This document shows positions 38,443 to 47,178 of a stretch of DNA of 64,000 nucleotides, piece by piece. Origin of the DNA: Candidatus Micrarchaeota archaeon (GTDB lineage Archaea > Micrarchaeota > Micrarchaeia > Burarchaeales > Fermentimicrarchaeaceae); contig JACCLG010000050.1 in NCBI GenBank assembly GCA_013425335.1, positions 17,532 through 81,531 of the forward strand, written 5' to 3'. A program made the translations under genes and the position numbers. Each line of letters begins with the position of its first letter. Within the stretch, counting starts at the first letter, position 1. The notes under the pieces are model-generated. The model was given only the letters and a program-made list of their open reading frames with translations, did not search any database and had not been told where the DNA came from.

Positions 38443-38739
38443 ATGTTAATAAAAGTACCAAAGCAATTCAAAGTAAAAATTCTGAAAAATCCGCGTGAGA
38501 ATAAGCAAAAAAGAGAAGATGAACTTCAGATGGTAGAACCTTTAGGTGACGAAACAAAGAATCTTTTCGACAAATACGATGATTGGAACTTCATAATTAT
38601 AAAATGGAAAAAAGACTCGGAGGAAACGGACATTAGGTATGCAACTAACATCGTGGAAAATGTGCCTTTTCCAGAAGTCTTGGGTATACTAGAGAACTCA
38701 AAGGGCCCTGTGATGGAGATAATATTTGGCGGAGATTAA
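38443..38739 (+). CDS. Small hypothetical protein (98 aa)
   Basis: ATG 38443 preceded by a strong SD 'ggaggtgggg'; the ORF track extends to TTG 38410. Confidence 0.4.
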   Translation: MLIKVPKQFKVKILKNPRENKQKREDELQMVEPLGDETKNLFDKYDDWNFIIIKWKKDSEETDIRYATNIVENVPFPEVLGILENSKGPVMEIIFGGD

Positions 38740-38908
38740 ATACCTAGGAATAATCTTTTATATAGAAAATCCGAATAATGCTTCAGGAAAGTGTGTAGCC
38801 TGTGACTGAGGTTATCAGTGCGATAAGGTCAACAGCGTCCGAGGCAAAACGACTTTTACGACGTAAAATTGGATTAACTTAAGATTGTATTTTTTAATTA
38901 GTCATTAA

Positions 38909-39475
38909 TCATCCAAATTTAAAGCTTGTTATGACGCTCTCAAAGACTGGTTTATATCTATCATAATCAGTTGGGCGAGTTGAGCAGGTGATTGTATAAA
39001 GATGCTCATTTCCTATCAAACTTACTTGCTGGACTTTGTAGTCCTGTCCTCCTCTGTTATAAGTTATGACGAACTCATGCCCCGGCATTCCGTTTAATGT
39101 CCTGTTCTCAAAAGATACAATGGTAATGCTGTTGTTTTTATAGAGTTCTATACTAGAAGCTCCCATATTATTTAAAAACTCACTAAAAGTTTCGTAGACT
39201 GGCACTGGCTGCTCTTCCCGGAGTATGCTGCATTTTGAACTGAAACCGGCTTCTTGAGGGGAAGTGAAGGTAACTTTCGCACCTCCGCTCTCTTCAACCT
39301 GCCACCCATCTGGGTAGATAAGCGAAAAACCGTAGTCATCGGACCCCCAGCAGTTTGTTACCCCCCTCTTCTTGCATTGTTCAGATTGAGTTCCTTTAGG
39401 TTGCCCCCCAGAACATCCGTAAATCAATAAGGTGAATAGCAACATGGCAATAATCTTCTTTTTCACTTTTACCAC
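38909..39475 (-). CDS. Putative lipoprotein (188 aa)
   Basis: Signal peptide with lipobox-like LIYGC; downstream of promoter cassette copy B. Confidence 0.5.
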   Translation of the reverse strand: MVKVKKKIIAMLLFTLLIYGCSGGQPKGTQSEQCKKRGVTNCWGSDDYGFSLIYPDGWQVEESGGAKVTFTSPQEAGFSSKCSILREEQPVPVYETFSEFLNNMGASSIELYKNNSITIVSFENRTLNGMPGHEFVITYNRGGQDYKVQQVSLIGNEHLYTITCSTRPTDYDRYKPVFESVITSFKFG

Positions 39476-39497
39476 CCATCAAATATCTACATTCGGG

Positions 39498-39518
39498 AGT
39501 ATATTAAGATTGCTTTGG
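39498..39518 (-). promoter_or_regulatory. 21-nt promoter cassette, copy B
   Basis: 'agtatattaagattgctttgg' identical to copies A and C; about 25 nt upstream of the lipoprotein start. Confidence 0.55.
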
Positions 39519-39598
39519 TAGGTTGGGTGGTGGAATTACAAAGACGTAATCCCACGATCTACCAACCCTTTAAATCAGGGCGGATAGATTTCGGAAAA

Positions 39599-39958
39599 CT
39601 ATCCCTTCTTCTTGGGGACTGGCAGAGGTTTTGCATAGGAAGCCAGTAGCTTTATCGCCCGCTCTAAGGCATACTTCACTTCTCTCTCATTCTTGCAGCC
39701 TGTACATATTACTTTACCGTTCTTGAAGAGCAGAAGAGATGCCTTTGGATCTTTGAGCTTGAGTATTGCACCTGGGAACTGCTCGGGCTCATACTCTATG
39801 TTCCTGACTTTCTTACCAAGAACATAAAGGTCAAGTTCCACTCCCAAATTGGCTGAAGCTACTATGTTCTCTATCTTGAATGATGGATCAATTGTAAGTT
39901 TCTTTGTCAATGAAACACCTTCTCTGCCCCCTTCCAGCCCATTTCTACTCAAAACCAC
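39599..39958 (-). CDS. Single-repeat TATA-binding-protein-like protein (half-size TBP paralog)
   Basis: 119 aa; one TBP repeat with hallmark KIENIVASANLGVELDL...YEPEQFPGAILKL...LLLFKNGKVICTG; in-frame stop 4 nt upstream of GTG start and next gene begins at 40016, so no second repeat is encoded. Confidence 0.6.
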   Translation of the reverse strand: MVLSRNGLEGGREGVSLTKKLTIDPSFKIENIVASANLGVELDLYVLGKKVRNIEYEPEQFPGAILKLKDPKASLLLFKNGKVICTGCKNEREVKYALERAIKLLASYAKPLPVPKKKG

Positions 39959-40008
39959 CTGTTAGATGCCTCCCACCATACTCTCACTCATCAAATAGTT
40001 CTGTTCTG

Positions 40009-40029
40009 TAGTATATTAAGATTGCTTTG
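40009..40029 (-). promoter_or_regulatory. 21-nt promoter cassette, copy C, upstream of the TBP-like gene
   Basis: 'tagtatattaagattgctttga'. Confidence 0.5.
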
Positions 40030-41956
40030 AATTTTCAGTAGGAAGCTCCGGATATTCCAGCAGCACTACCTTCGGGATATCCTCAAGCTTGGCGATGGCT
40101 TTCTTCTCCTCGGGAGCCAGCTTCACGTATTTCTCAAGCAGCTTCTTCCCCTCCTCTGCATTCCCTTCTGCCTCTATAGCAAGCAACTCCTTGGAAAGGG
40201 AGGCAACTCCCTCCTCGAATTTTTTCCTGTCAATCTTGTATGTCCCGTCAGCATTCCTCACAATGCCTCCATTCTCAACCAAGTAGTTGAACTCCAGGAT
40301 ATTTGCATCCACATGAGCGTCCGCCCCAAGCCCTGCCCTGAGGAAGACGAACTTATCCGAGAGGGCAGATGTATAGACAAGCTCCCTCTCCCTTTCCGTT
40401 ATGGCGCCTTTCTCGACAAGATACGGGACATGATACAGGCCGACTATGTCCGCCTTTGCTTCCTCTATTGCTGCATAAACGCCCCCCAAAGCCCTGCGCG
40501 TGTTCATCTCCGGCCCTGCAAGGGATTCCTTGAGCCCTCCCAGCGGGTGGCTTTCCTCATGGAGCAGGAATGCCAGGAAATTCCCGTAGATGAGGTCCTC
40601 CTTGCTCATGGATGAAATCGTGCTTTTGTCAATTAGTGCATCTATTATTGGAACAGACCTTGGCCGGCTTTTCTCAGCTACTGCATTGTAGAGCATTGTC
40701 GTCCTTGCCCCGTGTTCTTTTATCACCTCATCGTCATTCGGAAGGCTGAAGGCCACAGTGCTTATCGAGCCGTGTGCTTCTCCAGCATTGTATAAAGTAT
40801 CCGCAACCACTGTAGGAGCCATTTTCCTGTTTGGTTTCTTTGCCTCGTCAGTTACCGGCAAACGCTTCTCAAGCTCAGGCATCAGCGCATTTATGCCTTG
40901 CACCTTGCTTGTCTTCTCCTCATCTGTGTAATAGATTATTATCTCGGCATCCCTCCTTACCGCTACTCCCCCGTCAAGATATGTCTCAACATCCCCAACA
41001 ACTATGTTCAGCTTGGAGCGGACTTTCAGCCACGCAATGTCGCTCTCTCTGCAATTTTCCGTCATGACATCCTTGCTCCTCTTAAAGAGGTATTCCTTGA
41101 GTGTAGAGTCGTCGGTGAGCTGGCCTGCTTTGAACAGTGCATCCTTTATTATTCCTGTCTCTTCCTTGAAGTATTCCGCATAAGGTATGAATTCAACAGG
41201 TTTCCCCCCCTTGAAAACCACTATATTTGTGGGTGAGTTGAGCCCTTTCCTGACTCTTTCCCTCTCGCCTTCAGGAAATTCCATAATTAGTTTCTCCCTG
41301 AACTGCTTTCCCTCGTCACCTTTCTTGAAGAACTCGCGAGGAATGTCGGATAACCCTCCGCTGCCGATGTAAAGCCCGCCTTCAACAGGCCTCTGGTCAA
41401 AAATAGGAGTGAAAAGCTTCAAATCCATGCCAGACATGAACTTTCTCCAGAGTCTCTCTTTTGACTTGAGAGGCACCTTATTCTCAATCACTTCGAGTAT
41501 CTCTTTTCCCTTGAATTCCGGCACGAGTCTCTTGTCGCCGTTGGCTGCGTCAAAAATCGAGTGGTTCACCCTGGCGAGTTTTACATAAGAGGAGATTCTC
41601 TTAGCAAGCTCATCATCCGCGTACTTCTTTATCTCCTCAAGGAATGTTACAATTTCTGTTGTTCCCGGTGCTTTCTGCTTTGTGAATACGCTCTCAACAG
41701 GCCCGATTGCCTTCCACAGCTCGCGGACTGTTGCCATTTCAGACTTGCTGAGCCTGCTCCAGTCAAATGCGAGCTTCACGACTGCATACTCCTTCGGTAG
41801 CGCTATCTCTTCCTTCTCTCCCATCGGCTTGACGCGCGAAAACTCGTTTTCCCTCGGCACTTCTGCCTTGCCATACGCCATATGAACACCCATAAAATTG
41901 CTCATTTCAGATTTATAAACCCTTAAGAAGCTATGAAGAATTGTAACCATGGTCAC
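40016..41956 (-). CDS. Zn-dependent metallopeptidase, M49 (dipeptidyl-peptidase III)-like
   Basis: HEESHPLGG (HExxH) followed about 30 aa later by EEAKAD, resembling the M49 second motif EExxAE; 646 aa; N-terminal start uncertain. Confidence 0.5.
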   Translation of the reverse strand: MTMVTILHSFLRVYKSEMSNFMGVHMAYGKAEVPRENEFSRVKPMGEKEEIALPKEYAVVKLAFDWSRLSKSEMATVRELWKAIGPVESVFTKQKAPGTTEIVTFLEEIKKYADDELAKRISSYVKLARVNHSIFDAANGDKRLVPEFKGKEILEVIENKVPLKSKERLWRKFMSGMDLKLFTPIFDQRPVEGGLYIGSGGLSDIPREFFKKGDEGKQFREKLIMEFPEGERERVRKGLNSPTNIVVFKGGKPVEFIPYAEYFKEETGIIKDALFKAGQLTDDSTLKEYLFKRSKDVMTENCRESDIAWLKVRSKLNIVVGDVETYLDGGVAVRRDAEIIIYYTDEEKTSKVQGINALMPELEKRLPVTDEAKKPNRKMAPTVVADTLYNAGEAHGSISTVAFSLPNDDEVIKEHGARTTMLYNAVAEKSRPRSVPIIDALIDKSTISSMSKEDLIYGNFLAFLLHEESHPLGGLKESLAGPEMNTRRALGGVYAAIEEAKADIVGLYHVPYLVEKGAITERERELVYTSALSDKFVFLRAGLGADAHVDANILEFNYLVENGGIVRNADGTYKIDRKKFEEGVASLSKELLAIEAEGNAEEGKKLLEKYVKLAPEEKKAIAKLEDIPKVVLLEYPELPTENSKQS

Positions 41957-41973
41957 ATACTATATCAACGCCT

Positions 41974-43374
41974 TCAACCCATCCTCTCAGGAAGCTTCGG
42001 TGCCTTCCCTGTCAGCTCGTCCATATCGGTTATGCCTGTTTTCAGCTTATCTGTATCTATCCTGAACATTCTTCTTTCCTTGGTGTTTATCGCGACCAAC
42101 TTTCCATCTATACCTATGCCCGGCATCCAATCCTTTTTGGCGCACTTCTCTTCAAATTTCCTCAACTTTTCTTCTCCATTTTTGATTCTTTCAGATATGC
42201 CCTTAACATTATCATCAGCCAGTTCGTTGCAGAGAGTAATATAATCCCTGAAACCTTCTGCTTTTCTTGCGTAGTTTGCCTCCTCCTTATAGTGCTCAAG
42301 CAGGCTCCTCGGCGGAGAGCTGAACTTTATGACAACTGACCTGCCCTCCCCTGTTTCCTCTTTCTCAACCGAGTTCAGTATTATTGTCTTGCCTGCGCCT
42401 GCAGAGCCTCCTCCATACGAGTGGTTTCTATCTTGTTTTAAAGCAGCTGCATTCTTATAATCCTCAAAAAAAACCTGCGGAGTTGGAGTGATTACGAAAA
42501 ATGATAACTCTAGAGCAGCATATGCCCGGATCACATTGTCATTGCTGCTTAGCGAATTAGCCGCCGCAGACTGGGCTCTTCCCTCTTTATATCTCAAATC
42601 AGCCCTACGGAGTTCTGGATCCAGGATAAATTTTGAGAACTCCAGATTCTCTTTTGTTTTTTCATCCAATGGGTTCTTCCATAACTCCTTATCATACAAA
42701 TGAACTAGGAACACCGTGGCATCAGTATAAAATTTAGTCTTTTGAACTTCGTATTCATGAGCTATCTCTTCCCGACTGGCACCAGTAAGTTCGGAATAAA
42801 ACTCAACAATCTTCGATGGATCTTTGAATAGAGGTAAAAGTATCCTGTCTACTTCTTTTATCTTCTTGCCGAATGGCTCTTCAATATGGCTAATTTCATG
42901 CGGTATTTGAGAGACGGCATGAAGAATATCTAACCCTTCTTCAAACAGGATAGTAGAACCTGCTGTTCCTAAATAACCAGTTTTTGCGATGGATATATCC
43001 AATCTCTTTTTAAAATTTTCCTCTGTGTAATTGGATAAAAACTTCAATGTATGTCCATCATCTACAACTTTTTCAGAAAGATTGTTTTTCTCTGCAAAAA
43101 CTCGGTTTAATCCCTCTCCTACCTCAACTACCCTTTTTAGTATATCCCTGTCTCCTCTTATAAATGAATCCAGGAGAGCTTGTGGATTCCTAGTTTTCTG
43201 GAGAACATCCTGAGCATCGATTAATCCCGGGAGTGTTTTATTTAAAATGTCGCAAGATTGATAAAAAAACTCTCTAACTCCTTCGCTTAATACTAGCTCG
43301 CTTCTTTTTGTGGCTGTTGCTGCCATGCCTAGAATTATGCCTTTCTTGTTATTTAAGCTTGCTTTGTCTAACAA
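41974..43374 (-). CDS. Hypothetical protein with HExxH motif (ImmA/IrrE-like?) and C-terminal P-loop NTPase motif
   Basis: PHEISHIEE; Walker A GGGSAGAGKT; 466 aa. Confidence 0.45.
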   Translation of the reverse strand: MLDKASLNNKKGIILGMAATATKRSELVLSEGVREFFYQSCDILNKTLPGLIDAQDVLQKTRNPQALLDSFIRGDRDILKRVVEVGEGLNRVFAEKNNLSEKVVDDGHTLKFLSNYTEENFKKRLDISIAKTGYLGTAGSTILFEEGLDILHAVSQIPHEISHIEEPFGKKIKEVDRILLPLFKDPSKIVEFYSELTGASREEIAHEYEVQKTKFYTDATVFLVHLYDKELWKNPLDEKTKENLEFSKFILDPELRRADLRYKEGRAQSAAANSLSSNDNVIRAYAALELSFFVITPTPQVFFEDYKNAAALKQDRNHSYGGGSAGAGKTIILNSVEKEETGEGRSVVIKFSSPPRSLLEHYKEEANYARKAEGFRDYITLCNELADDNVKGISERIKNGEEKLRKFEEKCAKKDWMPGIGIDGKLVAINTKERRMFRIDTDKLKTGITDMDELTGKAPKLPERMG

Positions 43375-43380
43375 AATGAA

Positions 43381-43869
43381 TTACACTAGACCTGGTTGCT
43401 TATTGAATTTTTCAATCTGGTCAATGCCTTCAGGAGTCAGTTTATAAATCCACTGAATTTTTTCCTTCCCCACAAACTGCATTGCCAAGTAACCTGCCTT
43501 GATTAACTGTGCTAACTGGCTCTTCAGCTCATCCTCAACAAGCGATGGGCGAATTATAGTTCCTGTTTCCTCCACTATCTCTTCAACGCGTATAATCCTG
43601 CTCTCAAAAGTGGTTACCTTGCTCGCAGGTTGTACAAGAGGCTGTTTTGATATCTCCTCTCTTACATCCTGGAGTAGATTCATTTCTATAATGTTCAGTG
43701 CCGGACTTTTACCAGACTTTTGTATATTATAGATAGTGTCAAGTATCTTCCTTGCCTCAGGAGTGAGAGACGTAGGGGGTTTCTCTACAACATCAATATT
43801 ACGAAGCACATCCCTCATCGCAGAGTTCTTTTCAGTGAAAACCACAAAATCACCAATTAATTTCTGCAT
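43381..43869 (-). CDS. Winged-helix transcriptional regulator (162 aa)
   Basis: C-terminal wHTH (LAQLIKAGYLAMQFVGKEKIQWIYKLTPEG); first gene of the minus-strand operon. Confidence 0.5.
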   Translation of the reverse strand: MQKLIGDFVVFTEKNSAMRDVLRNIDVVEKPPTSLTPEARKILDTIYNIQKSGKSPALNIIEMNLLQDVREEISKQPLVQPASKVTTFESRIIRVEEIVEETGTIIRPSLVEDELKSQLAQLIKAGYLAMQFVGKEKIQWIYKLTPEGIDQIEKFNKQPGLV

Positions 43870-44730
43870 TTTTGAGTATAATAACCTTGCCCCGGATTAG
43901 GAATCGGATTTTTTGACGTCGCAGTCCATACCATTATATACGGCGGACCGCCATATAACTACGTAACTTCTTTTCTCTTTATTGAAATCTAGTTGCGGTT
44001 GGTGGAAACAATGGGACTATTCTACTCTCCTCGTCAGATGAGGATATTATTGGATATGGATAAAAATTCGAAGCGAGACGAGGTTGCTGAGGAAGAGCAG
44101 GACCAGTCAGAGTAGAGTTAAGCTTATTAAATATAAGGAATGGAAGAATCTACATTTTTGTCTTAACTTGCTTTGGCTTGAGAATCAGACTACGCATATT
44201 GCCTGTAATGCACTTTGCCCCCGTGCCTCTCCTGAGCCTTTCTCCTTCTCGTCTGTGTCCTGCACGTTGTCCTTCTCCTCTTTATCCTTGATTTCAACAA
44301 TACATCACCCTGCCCAATCTATTCTTCATCATAAATTCTGATCTGCTTCTTTTTGCCGTACCTTTCCATATACGCATGGTACTCCCTGTATATGCATTCT
44401 CTTCTTATCGAAGTCACTTAAATCACCATTGATATTTTTTTATTCCTATTCTTGTTTAATGGCAATATGCTAAACGAAATGACATTACTGCCATGCTCCA
44501 TCTTGCCTATCACTTTCACATAGAAATAGGAGAACTAACAATAATATGGAATCAGGAGTATATAAATCAATGTGTGCCGAACTTGCTTTGGTATACGCCC
44601 CTCAACTGCTTCTGCGAGCAGCGTCCGAGGGCAAGACATATTCTTCGATGGTGAATTGAACAATTTAAGCACTCTTGAGCGCTTACGAAAGTTCAGCAAA
44701 GATTAAATAACGTAGAAGTCAAAAAATAAG

Positions 44731-45876
44731 ATGACTGAGGCGAATAAGATGCTTAGCGCGGAAGAGATACTCGAATTAAAAAGAGAACATCACAGCTTAG
44801 AAAAAAGAATGGAAGAAATCGAAAAGAACCAACGTTCTACTATTGTGAAACTTTCGGAAAGGCTAAAAGAATTAATGGCGGACATAGGGTCAGTACGAGA
44901 GAAAGAAAAAAGCATGTGGAATCCAGACCTTAGCACACGGATAAAACTTTCCAAGAAAGGCATCAAACTCTCCAAGGAATTAAATTATTTTGTGATGGAT
45001 GCGGCGAGCGAGTTTGAAAAGGGCAACATCCCGGAAGATGCGGGAAAGAGGTTTATATCGCTTGCAAAGCTCATCAAAGGTAACAGGATGGATCTTGCAA
45101 AAAAGGAATTTGAGTATTTTGAAGAAATCATCGAATTAGGCAAAACATACGAAAAAAGCGAGGAGGAAATGAAAGAACAAGACAGAATACTCAAAAGAGA
45201 GCAGGCCAGGGTAGAAGCAATATTGGCAGAAATGTCTGAGCTGGAAAAAGGAACAGTTGATTTGGGAAAGGTCCTCAGCTACGAGAACCTATTGAAAAAT
45301 CTGGGAAAACTGGAAAAACTTAGAGAAACATATATCCATTCCCTCATTTCAGAACCAGTAGCAGAATTGCTTGAAGATATTGAAAAATATTCTCTGAAAG
45401 ATTATTGCCAAGCTCTTCCCGGAAAAGGGGAAATGGCGGAGTTAAAAGAGTTCTTTTCGGAATATCCTGCATTTGGAAAATGCAATGTCAATCAGCTTTG
45501 CGAGTTCTTCGAATACAGCGAAAAAAAGCTTTCACATATCTGTCCTGAAACTTCTAGATTCAGGAGATTAGTGGTGGGAAACAAAAATTTATTTGAAACA
45601 ATTCTTTCACTTGGGAAGACGACCTTCCTGGCAATGGATGATGCGAATGAAAAAGTTATGGACTTTTATGCCGAAAGGATCGAAGGTGCGCAAGAGATTG
45701 TTGAACAAATAGGACAGTTGAGAAAAGAAAAATATTCTTATAAAGAAGAATATGAAAAAAATAAAAAGATTGAAAAAACAAAGGAAGAGCTTTCAAAATA
45801 TTCAAAAAATGGATTGGAGGCAGAGTTGAGAGACATCGAACATCTTCTCGAACTTTTGCATTCCAATCGCCCCTGA
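44731..45876 (+). CDS. Coiled-coil hypothetical protein (381 aa)
   Basis: Lys/Glu-rich heptad-like sequence; AT-rich. Confidence 0.45.
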   Translation: MTEANKMLSAEEILELKREHHSLEKRMEEIEKNQRSTIVKLSERLKELMADIGSVREKEKSMWNPDLSTRIKLSKKGIKLSKELNYFVMDAASEFEKGNIPEDAGKRFISLAKLIKGNRMDLAKKEFEYFEEIIELGKTYEKSEEEMKEQDRILKREQARVEAILAEMSELEKGTVDLGKVLSYENLLKNLGKLEKLRETYIHSLISEPVAELLEDIEKYSLKDYCQALPGKGEMAELKEFFSEYPAFGKCNVNQLCEFFEYSEKKLSHICPETSRFRRLVVGNKNLFETILSLGKTTFLAMDDANEKVMDFYAERIEGAQEIVEQIGQLRKEKYSYKEEYEKNKKIEKTKEELSKYSKNGLEAELRDIEHLLELLHSNRP

Positions 45877-46161
45877 TTTTGCGAAGTAAATTGAACTAAT
45901 CTAAGCTTGCCACAAAACCGCCACTTAACTTCCGCGTTGTGGGTGTAATAACCTTATTCCGACACTTAACATTCTGCTTTAAATACTTGAAAAGGCATAA
46001 TTTAGAGTGGTGAACTTACGGCAAACAAATGGCTGGTAACAGGCTTATTCGTCCTGCTCTCCGCTACGCTAGCCTCCTTCGCGTTTGTTGGGACAAGGCA
46101 GTTCCCGGTAAAAGGCATCGGTCTGGCGAAGTGCGAGGTTAACAACTCATATACGGTAAAT

Positions 46162-46788
46162 GTGCCGTATTCTGCCACCGAGTATTACACGAAAACAGTG
46201 CCGTCCACCGTGTATGGCTCGGGAAAACAGCCCCAGAACATCCAAAAACCCAGCACAAGAACAGAATGCCTAACCGTTACCTCTACCGAAAAGGAATGCT
46301 CCCAGGAAGGGCTTGCTTATGTAATAACCGACAAAACATGCACGAGGACGGGCTGGATGCAGAACTGGTCCAATATTCAATGCACTGTGAAAAACGCAGA
46401 TTCCACTGCCGGCTACTTCAGCGTATACACAGGCTTCGGAACTGACATCAACAAGTATGTATTCATTGCAAGCGGGAGCTGGGCCGGTCTTACCGCGACA
46501 GCCGAGAGTCATACTGTTTACCTATACCCGAATGCTTCAAAGACATTTGATTTCCATATGGAGCTCCCAAGGGACGACACGCCGTTCATATGCTACTGCC
46601 ATGTGACTCCTGTAACGACAAAAGAAGTATGCCGGTATGTCAATAAAATCAGGCAGCAGTGCCATGAGGTGCTGATAGACCAAACCCTCAGCCGTCCTGC
46701 AGAGAATGCCGTGAATGAAACAAAAAGCAGGAATGTGATAAAATACCGCCAGGAGACCAGATACCGGGTTGCTGAAGAGACGTGCTGA
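46162..46788 (+). CDS. Secreted cysteine-rich protein; upstream in-frame TM/signal segment suggests the gene begins near 46007 and carries a frameshift
   Basis: ORF track starts at GTG 46162, but the same frame is open back to 46006 and encodes WLVTGLFVLLSATLASFAFVG; the promoter-aligned start GTG 46007 is in the +1 frame and stops after 10 codons. Confidence 0.5.
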   Translation: MPYSATEYYTKTVPSTVYGSGKQPQNIQKPSTRTECLTVTSTEKECSQEGLAYVITDKTCTRTGWMQNWSNIQCTVKNADSTAGYFSVYTGFGTDINKYVFIASGSWAGLTATAESHTVYLYPNASKTFDFHMELPRDDTPFICYCHVTPVTTKEVCRYVNKIRQQCHEVLIDQTLSRPAENAVNETKSRNVIKYRQETRYRVAEETC

Positions 46789-46850
46789 TTCTTACTTTTG
46801 CCTGAAAAGATTAATATAAATGGACATTCCATAACCTATCAGGTGAGGCT

Positions 46851-47156
46851 ATGGCTGAGAGAGAATGCCCAATGTGGCGGTTCTGCAGGACTCTGGGCAA
46901 CAAATGGGGCAACAGAATCTTTGAAAAGCTTGTGCAGACTGAAGAGATGGGCTTCAACGAGCTTCTCAGGGCTACCAAGGCCAACCCAAGAACCCTCTCT
47001 CTAAAGCTCAAGGCTCTGGAGGAAAACAGCCTGGTGAAGAAAAGGATTCTTGAGAAGGAGAGGCCGATAAGGGTGCTGTACTCGCTTACGGAAAAGGGCA
47101 GGCAGGCAAAACAGGTTCGGGATTACATATCCACTTGGGCGGATAAGTGGAAATAG
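46851..47156 (+). CDS. HxlR-family winged-helix transcriptional regulator
   Basis: CP..RFCRTLGNKWGNRIF...LKLKALEENSLV pattern. Confidence 0.7.
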   Translation: MAERECPMWRFCRTLGNKWGNRIFEKLVQTEEMGFNELLRATKANPRTLSLKLKALEENSLVKKRILEKERPIRVLYSLTEKGRQAKQVRDYISTWADKWK

Positions 47157-47178
47157 GGGTGATTTCATTTTCAGCAAG

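Noticed and set aside
39599-39958. Possibility that the half-TBP is the C-terminal fragment of a disrupted full-length tbp
   Set aside because: No TBP-repeat-like reading frame exists in the 50 nt upstream before the next gene, and an in-frame stop lies immediately 5' of the start. Truncation by an assembly error cannot be fully excluded and is listed as the refutation test.
44084-44341. 85-aa ORF in the 861-bp gap
   Set aside because: Low-complexity (Ser/Leu-rich), no start context and no TATA at the expected distance. It is kept only as part of the non-coding-region finding.
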